A stretch of 64,000 bases of DNA from Hyaloraphidium curvatum SAG 235-1 (taxonomy: Eukaryota; Fungi; Monoblepharomycota): positions 744,001 to 808,000 of the forward strand of contig JAIVFI010000007.1 of assembly GCA_025558095.1 (NCBI GenBank), given 5' to 3'. The notes under the pieces are model-generated. The model made no database searches. It was not told the origin of the DNA and saw only the letters and a program-made list of their open reading frames with translations. The first letter of the stretch is position 1. Each line of letters opens with the position of its first letter. A program made the position numbers and the translations under genes. Positions 36,846 through 47,718 of the stretch are shown in pieces.

Positions 36846-39800
36846 ATGCGGCGCGTGCTCCTCCTGCTTTTCTGTGCGGCCCTCCTCGGGCCGTTCCCGG
36901 CGGGTGCGGTGCCGCGGCCGCCGCCCGCCGGATCCCGCTCCCCCGCGGCCCGCGCCCTCCACCGCCGGCAGAGCGCCGACGGCGCCTTCTGCACCGCCGA
37001 CACGGACTGTATCGCGCCGAGCACGTGCGCCGCCCTGCAGTGCCAGCCGCTGACGACGTGCCCCGCGCCGCGCAACTCGTCCGAGGCGTCGTCGCAATGG
37101 CCCTTTACCTTTGCCGGCTACGCCGAGGGCGCCACGCAGATGCCGCTGCAGGACCCGCTGGTTGCCTACGGATCCGGAGGCGTCTTTGTCGGCGGGCGCT
37201 ATATCATGGCGCTCACGCTGCGCGGCTACGTGTTCCCGCGGATCCCCACGCAGCAGAACGCCTTCGTCTACCGCCTCGACGCCGCCACCGGCGAGTTCGA
37301 CTGGGCGTGGGGCCCCGGTGTGCCCGGCGGCGGCACCGACGGCTCCGCCATGAACAACGGCGAGCAGAGCGTGCAGGCCATCGCCGCATCGGGCGGGCTC
37401 GTGTACGTGTGCCTGGCCCTGGCGTGGTCGCAGGTGGCGCTGGACGCCACAACGACCTACACCGCCGCCGGGGGCGGGGACGCGCTGGTCGTCGCGCTCG
37501 ACCAGGCCGGCGCGCTGCACGGCTACCTGCCCATCCATTCCACCGGCTTCGACGCCTGCAGGTCCCTGTCCGTCGGCGAAGACGGCGGCATCTGGGCCGC
37601 GGGCGTCCACGCGAACCAGCTCACGGTCGGCAGCTTCTCGCTGCCGTACCAGGGTGGGCAATCGGTGGGCGGCACATGGGTGGTCAAGCTCAACGGGACC
37701 GTCGACCAGAACAACGTGCTCGCCGTCGAGGCCGCCACGACCATACCGGGAGGTCTCGGCACGTTCAATGAGGGACTTTTCGTGGCCGACGGGCCCTCGC
37801 CCCGCGGCGTCTTCGTCGCGGGCCACTTCATCAACAGCATCTATTTCGGGAACGGCGTCGTCGCGAACAACATGGACGGCAATACCAACTCGCGGGAGAT
37901 CTACGTTGTCGAGCTGAGCGCATCCACACTAGCTCCGGTGCGGGCAAAGACCATCGGCGGGCCGGAGGAACAGTACCTTTCCGGGCTTGCATGGGGCCAG
38001 GATTCATCGGGGAACCCGCAGCTCCTGGTCGCGGGCCGGACCAGGGACACCATGGACATCGACGGCGTCAACCTGTTCAACGGCAATGGACCGGGCGGAT
38101 CCGATTTCGTCCTGTCGTGCTCGGACGTGCTCTCCGACGCACTCAGGGGCGAAGCCGGGGTGACCGCCTACGGAACCGGCAGCCGCATGCCCTCCGTGCT
38201 GCCCATCGTCGTGGGCGGGCAGAGGCTGGTGGCCGCCACCTTCAATTCGGGCTCGAGCTTCACCGTCCGCCAGCACACCGGTGCGACCACGGTGCTGCCG
38301 GGCCAGGACGCCACCGCGGTGCTCCTTTCCGCCGACGACATGTCCTTCCGCAGCGCCCGCCGCCTGCACCGCACGGTGGGCGGGGGCGCCCAATTCTACT
38401 CCCTCGCCTTCGATGCCGCGGGATCGCGCCTCTTCTCCGCTGGGAGCACCAACGCGCCGTTCGCCGACTGCTACGTCAACTTCCTGGGGGCCACGAACCC
38501 CAACACCGGCATCGACGGTACCTTTGTGTTCGGCACGGGGTTCGGGAGCGGGCTCTCGTTCGCGCCGCTGAGCCCGGGCGTCGATTGCCCCGTCCTGTGA
38601 GTTGCGCATCGCCGGGCGCGGGGTTCATCTGCTGACCATCGCATGCGCAGGAACATCTCGGCGACCGAGGTGCTTGCGCCGCCGGCCCTCACCGCGAGCT
38701 ACAACGTCTCGAGCGAGGTGCTGACCTTTGTGCTCGAGTCCCCGGTCTACAACAACGGCACCTCGACGCTCAGGTAAGGCGTCTCCCGCGCGCATGTCCG
38801 CATCCGCTGACACCTCTTTCCCCGTACCAAAAAGGACGATGACCATGGCCCTCGGCGGCAGCTCCTCCTGCTCTGTCGGCCCCTCCTTCCCGTACACCTC
38901 CCCCTCGTGCGTCGCCCGCCAGACCCTCACGGGAACCTGGGCCGAGCTCCGATCCTGCGGCTGGATCGCCGGCCCCGACGTCGACGGCACCACCGAGGTC
39001 CGCTCCAACGTCACGATCTCGTGGACCGACACCGTCTCGGCCGGCGGCGCCGCGGGCACGCAGAGGACGGGGCAGTCATCCCGCCCCGTTAGCTTCACCT
39101 TCCCGACCTCGGCCATCGTCGACGGCGGCGCGGGGGTCAACGCGACGATCGGCAACGACAGCTTCGCCGTGCAGTCGTTCTCGTTCTTTTCCGGGGCCGG
39201 AGGGCAGAGGACGCTGCAGCTACGTTACACCCTCTCGACCGAGTTCCCCTTCCGCTATGCGTTCTCGTCGGTGACTTACCCGAACGCGGGGATGCAGACC
39301 ACCTCTTCGAATTTGGATACCGAGGTTCCCGCGGGATGCGCGACGGGATCCTGGACGCAGGGAAGCTGCGTACAGGTCCGCACCGTGTCGGCGCTTCTGG
39401 ACCCGGCCGTGTGCGACGTCTCGGGGACCTACTCGCTCCTTTTCGCCAGCTCGTGCGTCAACGGGGGCTGCCAGGCCGGCGCCTGGCAGGTGGACGTGTC
39501 GGCCGGCACGGTACCTGTTTGCGGCACAGCCCTGGACGGCTCTGTGCAGGGGGTCGTGGCCTCCCTGGTGCCCGCCGTCCCGACGGTGCCCCTGGGCAGC
39601 ACGATCCAGCTCGCCTTCTCGGCCTCGTCGCCCAACAAGCGAATGGTGCGGTGCGACGTGGCGGACATCTCGGTGCGGTCGGCCAAGCACGCGGCCGATC
39701 CGAGCTGGGCGCTGCGGACCCTGCTCGTGGCGGGGGTGCCGTCGGCCCTGGGAACCGCACTGGGGGTCGCGAGTGCGAACGGATTCGTGCAGCAGAACGC

Positions 39801-40584
39801 GGGCGGCGCCGCGTCGTTCGCGGATACGCTTTCGTTCTCGGCGACGGCCGGGTCCGATCCCGCCGGGGCGCTGCTCAAATCTAGTGACGTCGGGACCTCG
39901 GACAATGCGTTCCAGGTGGAGCTGAGGGCGGTGCTCTACTACGACGTGCAGAGCCTGCCCGGTCGGAGGCGCAGGCTGCGGAGCGTTGACATTGATGCCG
40001 TCGCGGACCTGGCGCCTGGGATCGTGGAGCTCGAATTGCGGTCGGAACCCGCCCCCGGATCGCCGCGGCACGCAGCCCGCCAGAGGGTCCGGCTGGTGAC
40101 CGAGGTGCCCGCATCCATCCTCCCCGGCCTGCCACAGCGGGCATCGGCTTCGGTCGTCGTGCTGCCTGCCCCACCTGGGGTGCCAGTGGGGGCGATTGTG
40201 GGGCTTGTGGTCGGAATCGTGCTCCTGGGCTCGGGACTCGTAACTGCTGCGGTGGTGCTGCGGAGGAAGAGGAAGGCGGCGGAAGCGCAGCAGGTGATTG
40301 ACGCCGCGGACGAGCCCTGGAGCGAGGCAAAGGTGCTTTCGGACGAGAAAGCCACTGAGACCATCTCGGTGCCTGCCCCGGATGTCGAAGCCGGGGACGG
40401 CTTGGCACCGGCGGCCCCAGCCCCCGCTGCGAGGAGGAAGAAGCGGCGGGGATCGGTGGCGCCGGTCGCTGTCCGAGCTTGGGACCAGAGCGCCGAAGCA
40501 CAGATCTCGGGCGCACCACCCTGCAGCACGGAGAAGGACCATGATGCGGACAGGGATTTGGATATCCTGGATCTGTACGGCTGA
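36846..40584 (+). CDS. Large type I membrane protein: signal, Cys module, beta-propeller, beta-rich/Cys domains, TM and basic tail; 3 exons
   Basis: Introns at about 38598-38650 and 38773-38833 join ORFs 36846 and 38728. Repeated blades (DALVVALD, EIYVVELS, DFVLS) and the TM GAIVGLVVGIVLLGSGLVTAAVVL followed by RRKRK. Confidence 0.75.
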
Positions 40585-40684
40585 TTCTTAATCACCAATT
40601 GAACTGCGTCCATCTTTCCCCAGCGTCTATCAAATCGCAGCTTCGCTAACGCCCGGTGGTCCAGCCCGCCCGTCCTCCACCCGT

Positions 40685-41779
40685 TCACGCGGAGCTGCTG
40701 CTGATCTTGAGAACCCGCTTGAGCGCATCGATGCGGAGCTTCTTCGCCAGCAGCACCGTCTCGGACTGGGGAAGCACGAGCTGCAATTTGCGGAGACAAA
40801 AATCAGCCTCCCCGAAACACGGCCGGAACACGATCCACCTACATCCCAGCCATGAATGCCCCCCTGGAAGATGTGGAGCTCGACGCCGACCCCGGCTTCC
40901 ATGAGCTTGCTGCAATATGCGATGGTCTCGTCGCGGAACAGGTCCAAGTCGGTCACGTCGGTGTAGGTCCACGGCAATCCGGTCAGATCCTCGACGGTGG
41001 CGCGGGCGGGGGCGGCGAAGATATCGGCGGGCTTGTCGCCGAGGTAGCATTTCCAAGCTACACAGAGCGGTCACGTACGAGTTTCGTCGATCTGCAGGCC
41101 TCCCACCGTGGATGTTGGTCGCCCTGTCCCACATGCCGTGGTCGACGATATCTTTGCTGCTCTGCGTGACGTTGCGGTCGTCGATCATGGGGTAGATGGG
41201 GAACTGCGCGGCCAGCGGCGGCGAGAGCCCCTCGAACTTGGCCTTGAGCACCGTCCCGGCAGTCATCCCGCCCCCGCCGCTCTGTCCGAACACTGCGATC
41301 CGCGCAGGGTCGATTCCCAGGGAGTCGGCATTCTCGCTGATGTACTTGAGCCCGGCATAGCAGTCGTTGACTCCGGCGGGGTAGGGGTGCTCCGGCGCGT
41401 TGCGGAAATCAACGGAGAAGAGGACGGCGCCTCCGACGGCGGCGGCGTACTCGGCGGCGACGCCCTGCCAGTCGCGCGCATCGGTGATGATGAACCCGCC
41501 CCCGTGAATGAAGTAGATGGCGGGGTGCTTGCCCTCCTTGGAGAGCGACTTGGGCCGGAACACCTGGATCATGACGTCCGGGTCGCCCTCCGCGAAGCCC
41601 TTGACCTTCATTTCCGAGACGTCGAGGCAGGAGAGGTCCTGCAGCCCAATGGTCTTGAAGAGCGCACTCCCGTTAACTCGGCGCGTGGCGAGGTCTTCCG
41701 GAGGCGGAATGCCCATGGCCTTCATCGCGGTGACCAGGGCGCGGTTGTCATCGTCCAGGAGGTGGTCGAGGCGACCCAT
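40685..41779 (-). CDS. Alpha/beta hydrolase, hormone-sensitive lipase (HSL) family esterase, 2 introns
   Basis: HGGGF, APEHPYPAGVND, GQSGGG nucleophile, DLFRDE and GGIHGWD motifs. Confidence 0.92.
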   Translation of the reverse strand: MGRLDHLLDDDNRALVTAMKAMGIPPPEDLATRRVNGSALFKTIGLQDLSCLDVSEMKVKGFAEGDPDVMIQVFRPKSLSKEGKHPAIYFIHGGGFIITDARDWQGVAAEYAAAVGGAVLFSVDFRNAPEHPYPAGVNDCYAGLKYISENADSLGIDPARIAVFGQSGGGGMTAGTVLKAKFEGLSPPLAAQFPIYPMIDDRNVTQSSKDIVDHGMWDRATNIHGGRPADRRNSYVTALCSLEMLPRRQARRYLRRPRPRHRRGSDRIAVDLHRRDRLGPVPRRDHRILQQAHGSRGRRRAPHLPGGHSWLGCRWIVFRPCFGEADFCLRKLQLVLPQSETVLLAKKLRIDALKRVLKISSSSA

Positions 41780-41934
41780 GGCGGGCGATTGAATGCTGGA
41801 TTCGGTGGAGCGTGGGGAACTTTCGAGTCGCCTTGGTGGGGGACACCGGAATCGCGAACGGCCGGTGGCAGTGTGGCAAGGCAAAGAGCTTTTCGCGTCG
41901 AAACAAGCTGCGTTCCTTTAATCAAGCTTTCCCA

Positions 41935-43152
41935 TCAGAACATCTCCTCCAACTCCGCAATTTCGTCCTCAAGTGCATTGAAGAGCTTGGCCCACTCTCC
42001 GTAGCGTTCGATCTCGACGTTGGCGAGCCCGAGCCAGAACGACTCCTCCATCCGCCACCTCTGCGCCTCCTCGTAGGCTTCGAACGGATCTTCGATGTCG
42101 TTGACGAGTCCTTCCCAGTGCGGCTTGATTTTCAGTCGCGTCCCGGACCTCTCCAGCGCGGACATGACCTGATGAAAATGGCGCGGCTGGAGATTGAGGT
42201 TCGATCCGAACAGATCGAGCAGCTCAAGCTCCCCGAAATCGAAACCAGCGAGCGCGCTGGTATCTGGCGAGCTGATGAGGAGGTTGCGCATGCCGGGGAA
42301 GCAGTCGCAGATGCGCCTCAGGGCGTCCGCACTGCCGGGTTCGGCATCCGCGTCGCAGAAGTATTCGACCTCCGGAATGCTCCGGAGCCTGACCGATTCC
42401 CAGATCTTGCGCCTCTTTTCATGCACCGTGATTCTGCGGAGGCAGGACCCCGCCCTTGGGAGGCTGTGGAAGGACAGTGCCCAAGCCGAGGAGCCCGGGA
42501 CCGGGCGCCTCCATCCGACTTCGCAATCATCCAGATTGATCTCCTCAAACGAGCTCAGCCCATCGATATGGCGCAGGAGAGGCAGGAACGGGTCCGATTG
42601 TGGGTCCCTTTTTCGCACGTCGGGATCTGAGTAGCGTTTCACCTTTAGCCGTACTTTTTCGAGGCTCCCGGTCGCGCCAATAGCCTGGAGGAAGCCTTCG
42701 ACCCCTTCGCGGCTGGATGTGACCATCTCCAGCTTCTTGAGCGACCGTCCGGCGCCGCGAAGCAGATCGGCAAAGAATGGGTCGCGTGACTCGATGGTCA
42801 CCCGGAGATCCTCCACGAGGCCTAGCTTCCCGGTCCCCAGCGAGTCCGAAAGCAGGCCGCGGAACCTGTCCAGCGCACGAGCATTTTCGACACTGGGCGG
42901 CGCGGCCGGCACCTCGATCCTTCTGACGAGCACGCCGATGCCCAGCATGAGCATGCCGCGGCATGCCGAAAGCATGTTGAGCAGGGTCCGCTTTCGTCCG
43001 GCTGATTCGAGCAGCTCCAGGACGATGAGGAAGATTTCGGGGGGGAGCGTAACACGACCCAGGTCGGCGTGGTCCGACGGCTTCTGGGTCCCGCGGCGCC
43101 GCGGGCGCAGGACCATGCGAGAGGCGGGTCCGACGTCGGTCTCTGCAGCCAT
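41935..43152 (-). CDS. F-box-like/LRR family ('LGTGKL' family) member 1, intact
   Basis: LPPEIFL..KRTLL..LSACR, LLSDSLGTGKL, DPQSDPFLPLLRH and WRMEESFW motifs. Confidence 0.75.
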   Translation of the reverse strand: MAAETDVGPASRMVLRPRRRGTQKPSDHADLGRVTLPPEIFLIVLELLESAGRKRTLLNMLSACRGMLMLGIGVLVRRIEVPAAPPSVENARALDRFRGLLSDSLGTGKLGLVEDLRVTIESRDPFFADLLRGAGRSLKKLEMVTSSREGVEGFLQAIGATGSLEKVRLKVKRYSDPDVRKRDPQSDPFLPLLRHIDGLSSFEEINLDDCEVGWRRPVPGSSAWALSFHSLPRAGSCLRRITVHEKRRKIWESVRLRSIPEVEYFCDADAEPGSADALRRICDCFPGMRNLLISSPDTSALAGFDFGELELLDLFGSNLNLQPRHFHQVMSALERSGTRLKIKPHWEGLVNDIEDPFEAYEEAQRWRMEESFWLGLANVEIERYGEWAKLFNALEDEIAELEEMF

Positions 43153-43279
43153 CTTTTCCGGCAAAGCAGCGTCCGCCGGAGGTGCGCTGCGAAGGGGTTC
43201 TGAGAGTCACACATTTCTAGCTGCTGCTAGCAGCTTAGCAGATTCCGTCCTCCATTTCCCTCTGCGTAACAACAGTTTG

Positions 43280-44120
43280 CTAAATGTAAGTGCCCCAATC
43301 AGTACCGGACTCGATGACGCTCTTCCATAGGCGGTTCATCCGGCTCTCCCAGGTTCCGTAGAACTTATTCACCACCTCGACCTCGTCGATCCCTGCCAGA
43401 ATGACTCTTCGGTCCGCCAGCTTTGCGCAAGCCCCAGCGCGCCCATGGGGTCGAGGACATAGTTGCTTTCTGTGAGTTCGTCCATCATCGGCCACGACGG
43501 GTTGATGCTCGGCTGAACGTCGGACGCCTCAACGGCCGCTCTGACACGGGCGAAGGCGCTAGGCGGGAGATCCAGCGTGGCTCCGTTAATGAATAGCGTG
43601 TCGAGCTGCCCGAAATCAAAGTTGTCGAGCGACGCCGTGGGTCCCCAGGTCACCGTGAGGTCGCAGAGGTTGGGAAAGCTGTAGCACACGCGTTCGAGGT
43701 TCAACCGCCCGAATGCCTCGGTGTGCGCAATCGAAAGCTGGGTGACGTTGTCGAATCTGCCTTCTCAATCTCCCAAAGTGCTCTGCGGGAGGGTCGCGCG
43801 ACTGAGCGCAAAGGCCGCATTCGCGTACTGATCGAAAGCCGATCCCCAGCTGCGCGATCCCCGAACGACCGAGTACCCATAGTCCAGATCTTCGAGAACG
43901 AAATCTTCCAGAGAGCTCAAGCTGTCAAGGCGACGAAGCAACGGCAAGTAGGGGTCCGCCTGGGGATCGGTCCTCTTCAGATCGGGATCTAAGGTACTGT
44001 ACGATTTGCAGCTTCCCGCGCTGAAGGCACTTCATGGATCCGGCAGACTCCAAGAAGCCACGAACTCCGTCCCGATGCCACGCGATGATTTCGAGCTCCT
44101 TGAGTGACAGGGCAACCGGC
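43280..44120 (-). pseudogene. LGTGKL family member 2, 5'-truncated and frameshifted
   Basis: LKELEI, DPQADPYLPLLRRLDSL, FPNL and WRTEESFWQG lie in broken frames. Confidence 0.7.
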
Positions 44121-44232
44121 CAATGACGACGAAACCAGATGATGGCTGCAAGTTGCAAGTGACCAGTCAATAGATCAGAAGACAGAATCTAGCTAGCTAA
44201 GGCCCCCTTGGCCGCCCTCCCCGCTCCCCGCC

Positions 44233-46224
44233 TCACCCAAGCCTCGACGCAATCACCCCCCTTATCCTCTCCAGATCCCCCCTCAGCGCCCAATTGTCCG
44301 CCTCGGCCGTCGCCAGCCGCGCATTCAGGTCCTCCTTGTCCGCCCTCAGCTCCGCATTGTGCGCCTTGAACCTCGCCGCCTGCTCCCTGGCCCGCGCCAC
44401 GTCGTCCTTGAGCGAGGCCGCCTCCCCCGAGAGCCGCTGCGCCTTGAGGCGGGTGCGACCGTGCTCGTCCCGCTCGCGGGCGAGCTCGGCGGCGAGGCGG
44501 GATTGCGCGCGGAGGAGGCGGCGGACCTCGGCGCGGAGCTCCTCGGGGTCCGAGGCGGCGTCGAGGGGGGTGTGCAGCTCCGAGGGCTCGTCGGGAGGCG
44601 GCGTCGCGGGCGCCGCGGTGCGCGCAAAGAGGTCCTGATGGTCGATGGCCTTGCTTTCGGCCGGGGGAGGGCCGCGGCGGGAGTACCAGAGCGAGATGGC
44701 GGCGTCCGTGTCTTCGTCCGGCTTCCGGTTCGGCTCGGGGCGCGTCCTGGCACGCGATGCGGGAACGGGGAGCTCCAGCGGCCTGTCCTCGCCGCCGTGC
44801 AGCATCGGCGACAGGTCGACGGGGGTGTGGTCGTGGTCCTCGAAATCGTCCTCGGCGCCCGGGGTGCCCTCGCCGTCGTCGTCGGGCGACACCCTCCTGC
44901 TCCTCGGCTTGCTCCGGGCCGACGAGTTCCGCACCCGGGCCCGTCGAGGCGGCGGCGTGCCCAACCTAGCGCGCTTGATGGTCACCCCGCGGTCCTCCAC
45001 GATGACCTCGCTGTCCTCCTCCTCCTCCTCGGCGTGCCTCTTGAGCTCGCGGTTCTTCATCCGCTCCTCCCTCGTCTTGCGCACGCTCTCGCGGCTCTGG
45101 AAATACTCCTCCAATACCCCGCGGAGCCGCAGCGCCTCCGCAACCAGCCGCTCCGTGTTCTCGTTGGCCGCGTACAGCGACTCCACGTCCGCGTGCTGCG
45201 GCGGCCTCCCGTCCTCGTCCGGGATCCCAACGTCGACCAGGTACGGCCGCGCCGTGCCGCCCGCCGCGCCCCCGTTCCACACCTTCATCGTGCCCAGCAG
45301 GCGGATGATGGTGGTGTGGTTGCACGCGCAGGCGTAGTAGTACGCCGTGCGCCCCCGCGAGTCCCGCACGTTCACGTCCACCGTTTTGAGCAGCTCCTCG
45401 ACCACCTTGGGCTGGTTGGAGATACAGGCCTTGTGGAAGGCCGTCAGGCCGTTTTCGTCGGCCCCGTCGACGTCCAGGTCGCTGATCAGGGCCTTGCGCT
45501 CCGCCAGCATGGTGAGGACCGTGTCCACGTCCCCGTGGACGCACGCGTCGTGGAACAGCTCGTCTGTGGTGCCCATCGGATGGCGCGGCTCGAGCCACGA
45601 GCCCAGGGAGGTGGTTTTGGCCCCCGCCCGGGCCAGCCGCCGCTTGATCATGGCCTTTGTGTCCTCCGACGGGCGGCAAAAGAGGTCGATGTTGCGGTCT
45701 GCGCCCGGCGGCGGCAAATCGGGGATCGAAAAGTCCACGAAGCTCTTCCTCTCGACCAGGCGGAGGAAGCGGTCCACGATGTCCGAGAAATTGCGGACGG
45801 CGGCGTAGTACACTGCCGTCCGCCCGTAGCGGTTCCGCACGTTGACGTCGATGTCCCTGTGCGCCAGCAGCCCGTCGACGATGGCGCCGTGGCCCTGCCA
45901 GCAGGCGCTCATGAGCGAGGTGCCCCCGTTGCGCGCCGCCTGGTTGACGTTGACCCGGGAGTCCGCCACGAGCAGCCGAAAGATGTCCTCCAGGCCGTGG
46001 TGCGCCACCCAGCACAGCACCGTGTCGCCCTGCTCGTCGCCGGCGTTGAGCACGGCGGCCGTCATGTGCGGGTCCGCGAGCAGCCGCCGCACGGCCGCGG
46101 CGTTCTTGCGCTGCACGGCCGCGAACAGCTGCCCCTTGATCGAGTCGTCCACCTTCCCGTCGGCCGGCGGCGCGCTCGGGCTGCGGTGCTCGCGCCGCGG
46201 GCGCGCGGACGGCCGGTCGATCAT
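44233..46224 (-). CDS. Ankyrin-repeat protein with a C-terminal coiled coil, intronless
   Basis: GDTVLCWVA, GGTSLMSAC, GRTAVYYAA, GLTAFHKAC and GRTAYYYAC repeats in two clusters; heptad-rich C-terminus. Confidence 0.88.
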   Translation of the reverse strand: MIDRPSARPRREHRSPSAPPADGKVDDSIKGQLFAAVQRKNAAAVRRLLADPHMTAAVLNAGDEQGDTVLCWVAHHGLEDIFRLLVADSRVNVNQAARNGGTSLMSACWQGHGAIVDGLLAHRDIDVNVRNRYGRTAVYYAAVRNFSDIVDRFLRLVERKSFVDFSIPDLPPPGADRNIDLFCRPSEDTKAMIKRRLARAGAKTTSLGSWLEPRHPMGTTDELFHDACVHGDVDTVLTMLAERKALISDLDVDGADENGLTAFHKACISNQPKVVEELLKTVDVNVRDSRGRTAYYYACACNHTTIIRLLGTMKVWNGGAAGGTARPYLVDVGIPDEDGRPPQHADVESLYAANENTERLVAEALRLRGVLEEYFQSRESVRKTREERMKNRELKRHAEEEEEDSEVIVEDRGVTIKRARLGTPPPRRARVRNSSARSKPRSRRVSPDDDGEGTPGAEDDFEDHDHTPVDLSPMLHGGEDRPLELPVPASRARTRPEPNRKPDEDTDAAISLWYSRRGPPPAESKAIDHQDLFARTAAPATPPPDEPSELHTPLDAASDPEELRAEVRRLLRAQSRLAAELARERDEHGRTRLKAQRLSGEAASLKDDVARAREQAARFKAHNAELRADKEDLNARLATAEADNWALRGDLERIRGVIASRLG

Positions 46225-46386
46225 CGCGGAATGCCCGCAGTCGCCTGTCCCCGCGCAAGGGGGATGGTGCCTCGGAGCCGAAGTCAAAGAAATTGAAGGC
46301 TCTCAGAACCCCCTTCGCAGGGCGCCTCCCTCGATATTGCCCGGAAAAGATGGCTCGCAGAGACCGGAACTAGGGGCACATCGCTC

Positions 46387-47559
46387 ATGGCTCTGCGCCC
46401 GCGGCGCCGCGGGGCCCAGAACCCGTCGGACCACGGAGACTCGGCTCGTGTCATGCTCCTCCCCGAAATCTTCCTCGTCATCTTCGAGCTCCTCGAAGCA
46501 ACATGGCAGAAGCGGACGCTGCTCAGCATGCTTTCGGCATGCCGCGGCATGCTCATGCTGGGCATCGGCGTGCTCGTCAGGCGGATCGAGGTGCCCGGTG
46601 CGCCGCCCAGTGTCGAACAAGCTCGTGCGCTGGACAGGTTCCGCGGGCTGCTTTCGGACTCGCTGGGGACCGGGAAGCTCGGCCGCGTGGAGGATCTGTC
46701 GGTGACCATCGAGTGGTGCGACGCTTTTTTCGCCGATCTGGTTCGTGGCGCCGGAGGGTCGCTCAAGAAGCTGGAGATCGTCAGCTCCAGCCGCCTCGGG
46801 GTCCAAGGCTTCCTCGAGGCCATCGACGCGGCAGGGAGCCTCGAAAGAGTGCGGCTTAAGGTCAAGCGCGACTCGGATCCGGGCGTGCCGGATAGGGACC
46901 CACAATCGGACCCGTTCCTGCCCCTCCTGCGCCACTTGGATGGGCTGAACTCGCTCAAGGAAATCCATTTGGATGATTGCAAGGTCGGATGGAGGCCGGT
47001 GGTGCAGAACTCGTGCAGCTGGCCTGCGTCGTTCTTCAGCCTTCCGACGGCCGGATCCCGCCTCCGCAGCGTCACGGTCCACGAAAGCAGGCTGCATGAA
47101 TGGGAAGTACTCAGGCTCACGAGCATTACCGCGGTCGCTTTTCGTTACACACGCGGTCCTGCCACCGCCGGCGACATGCAGCGGGTCTGCGACGCCTTTC
47201 CCGGCCTCCGTGCCCTCACCTTCGCGTATGCGGACACGGAGACCCTCGCCGGCATCCGATTTGGCCAGCTTGAGGAGCTAATCCTGGATGGTTCGATCCT
47301 CAACCTTGACCCTGGTCGCTTCCCTGAGGTCAAGTCCGCGATCGAGGCTTCCGGCGTGCGGGTGCGGATCCGCCCCAGCTGGTACATCATGCAGGACCTC
47401 CTGGACGATTCGGAGGATGCTGCAGATGCCGTCGCCGAGGCAAGGAGGTGGCTGGCCGAGGAGACGTTCTGGCGGGGCGTGAGGGGCGCGGAGGTCGAGG
47501 GTTTCGGGAAGTGGGACATACTTGTGGACGAAATTGTGCGGGAGGGGCAGGACGAGTGA
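46387..47559 (+). CDS. LGTGKL family member 3, intact; inverted close paralog of member 1
   Basis: The N-terminal half is nearly identical to 41935..43152 (LSACRGMLMLGIGVLVRRIEVP..ARALDRFRGLLSDSLGTGKLG). Confidence 0.78.
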   Translation: MALRPRRRGAQNPSDHGDSARVMLLPEIFLVIFELLEATWQKRTLLSMLSACRGMLMLGIGVLVRRIEVPGAPPSVEQARALDRFRGLLSDSLGTGKLGRVEDLSVTIEWCDAFFADLVRGAGGSLKKLEIVSSSRLGVQGFLEAIDAAGSLERVRLKVKRDSDPGVPDRDPQSDPFLPLLRHLDGLNSLKEIHLDDCKVGWRPVVQNSCSWPASFFSLPTAGSRLRSVTVHESRLHEWEVLRLTSITAVAFRYTRGPATAGDMQRVCDAFPGLRALTFAYADTETLAGIRFGQLEELILDGSILNLDPGRFPEVKSAIEASGVRVRIRPSWYIMQDLLDDSEDAADAVAEARRWLAEETFWRGVRGAEVEGFGKWDILVDEIVREGQDE

Positions 47560-47718
47560 ATTGCTAGAGCGAAAGTATAGAATGCAGACTGCTCTTGAGG
47601 AAGTAAAGGGGGCCTTCTCGATTCTCGTGTCGATCCGGGGGAGGAGCTCGGAAATCGAACTGACATCATCGCCGTCCGACACCGAATCTCCCCTTCCTGC
47701 GACCCGGCCAACCTCCCA

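Noticed and set aside
43215-44200. CTAG-rich short palindromes (ctgctagcag, ctagctag) as Helitron or TIR ends
   Set aside because: No consistent hairpin-plus-CTRR structure, no target-site duplication and no transposase; too short to separate from chance.
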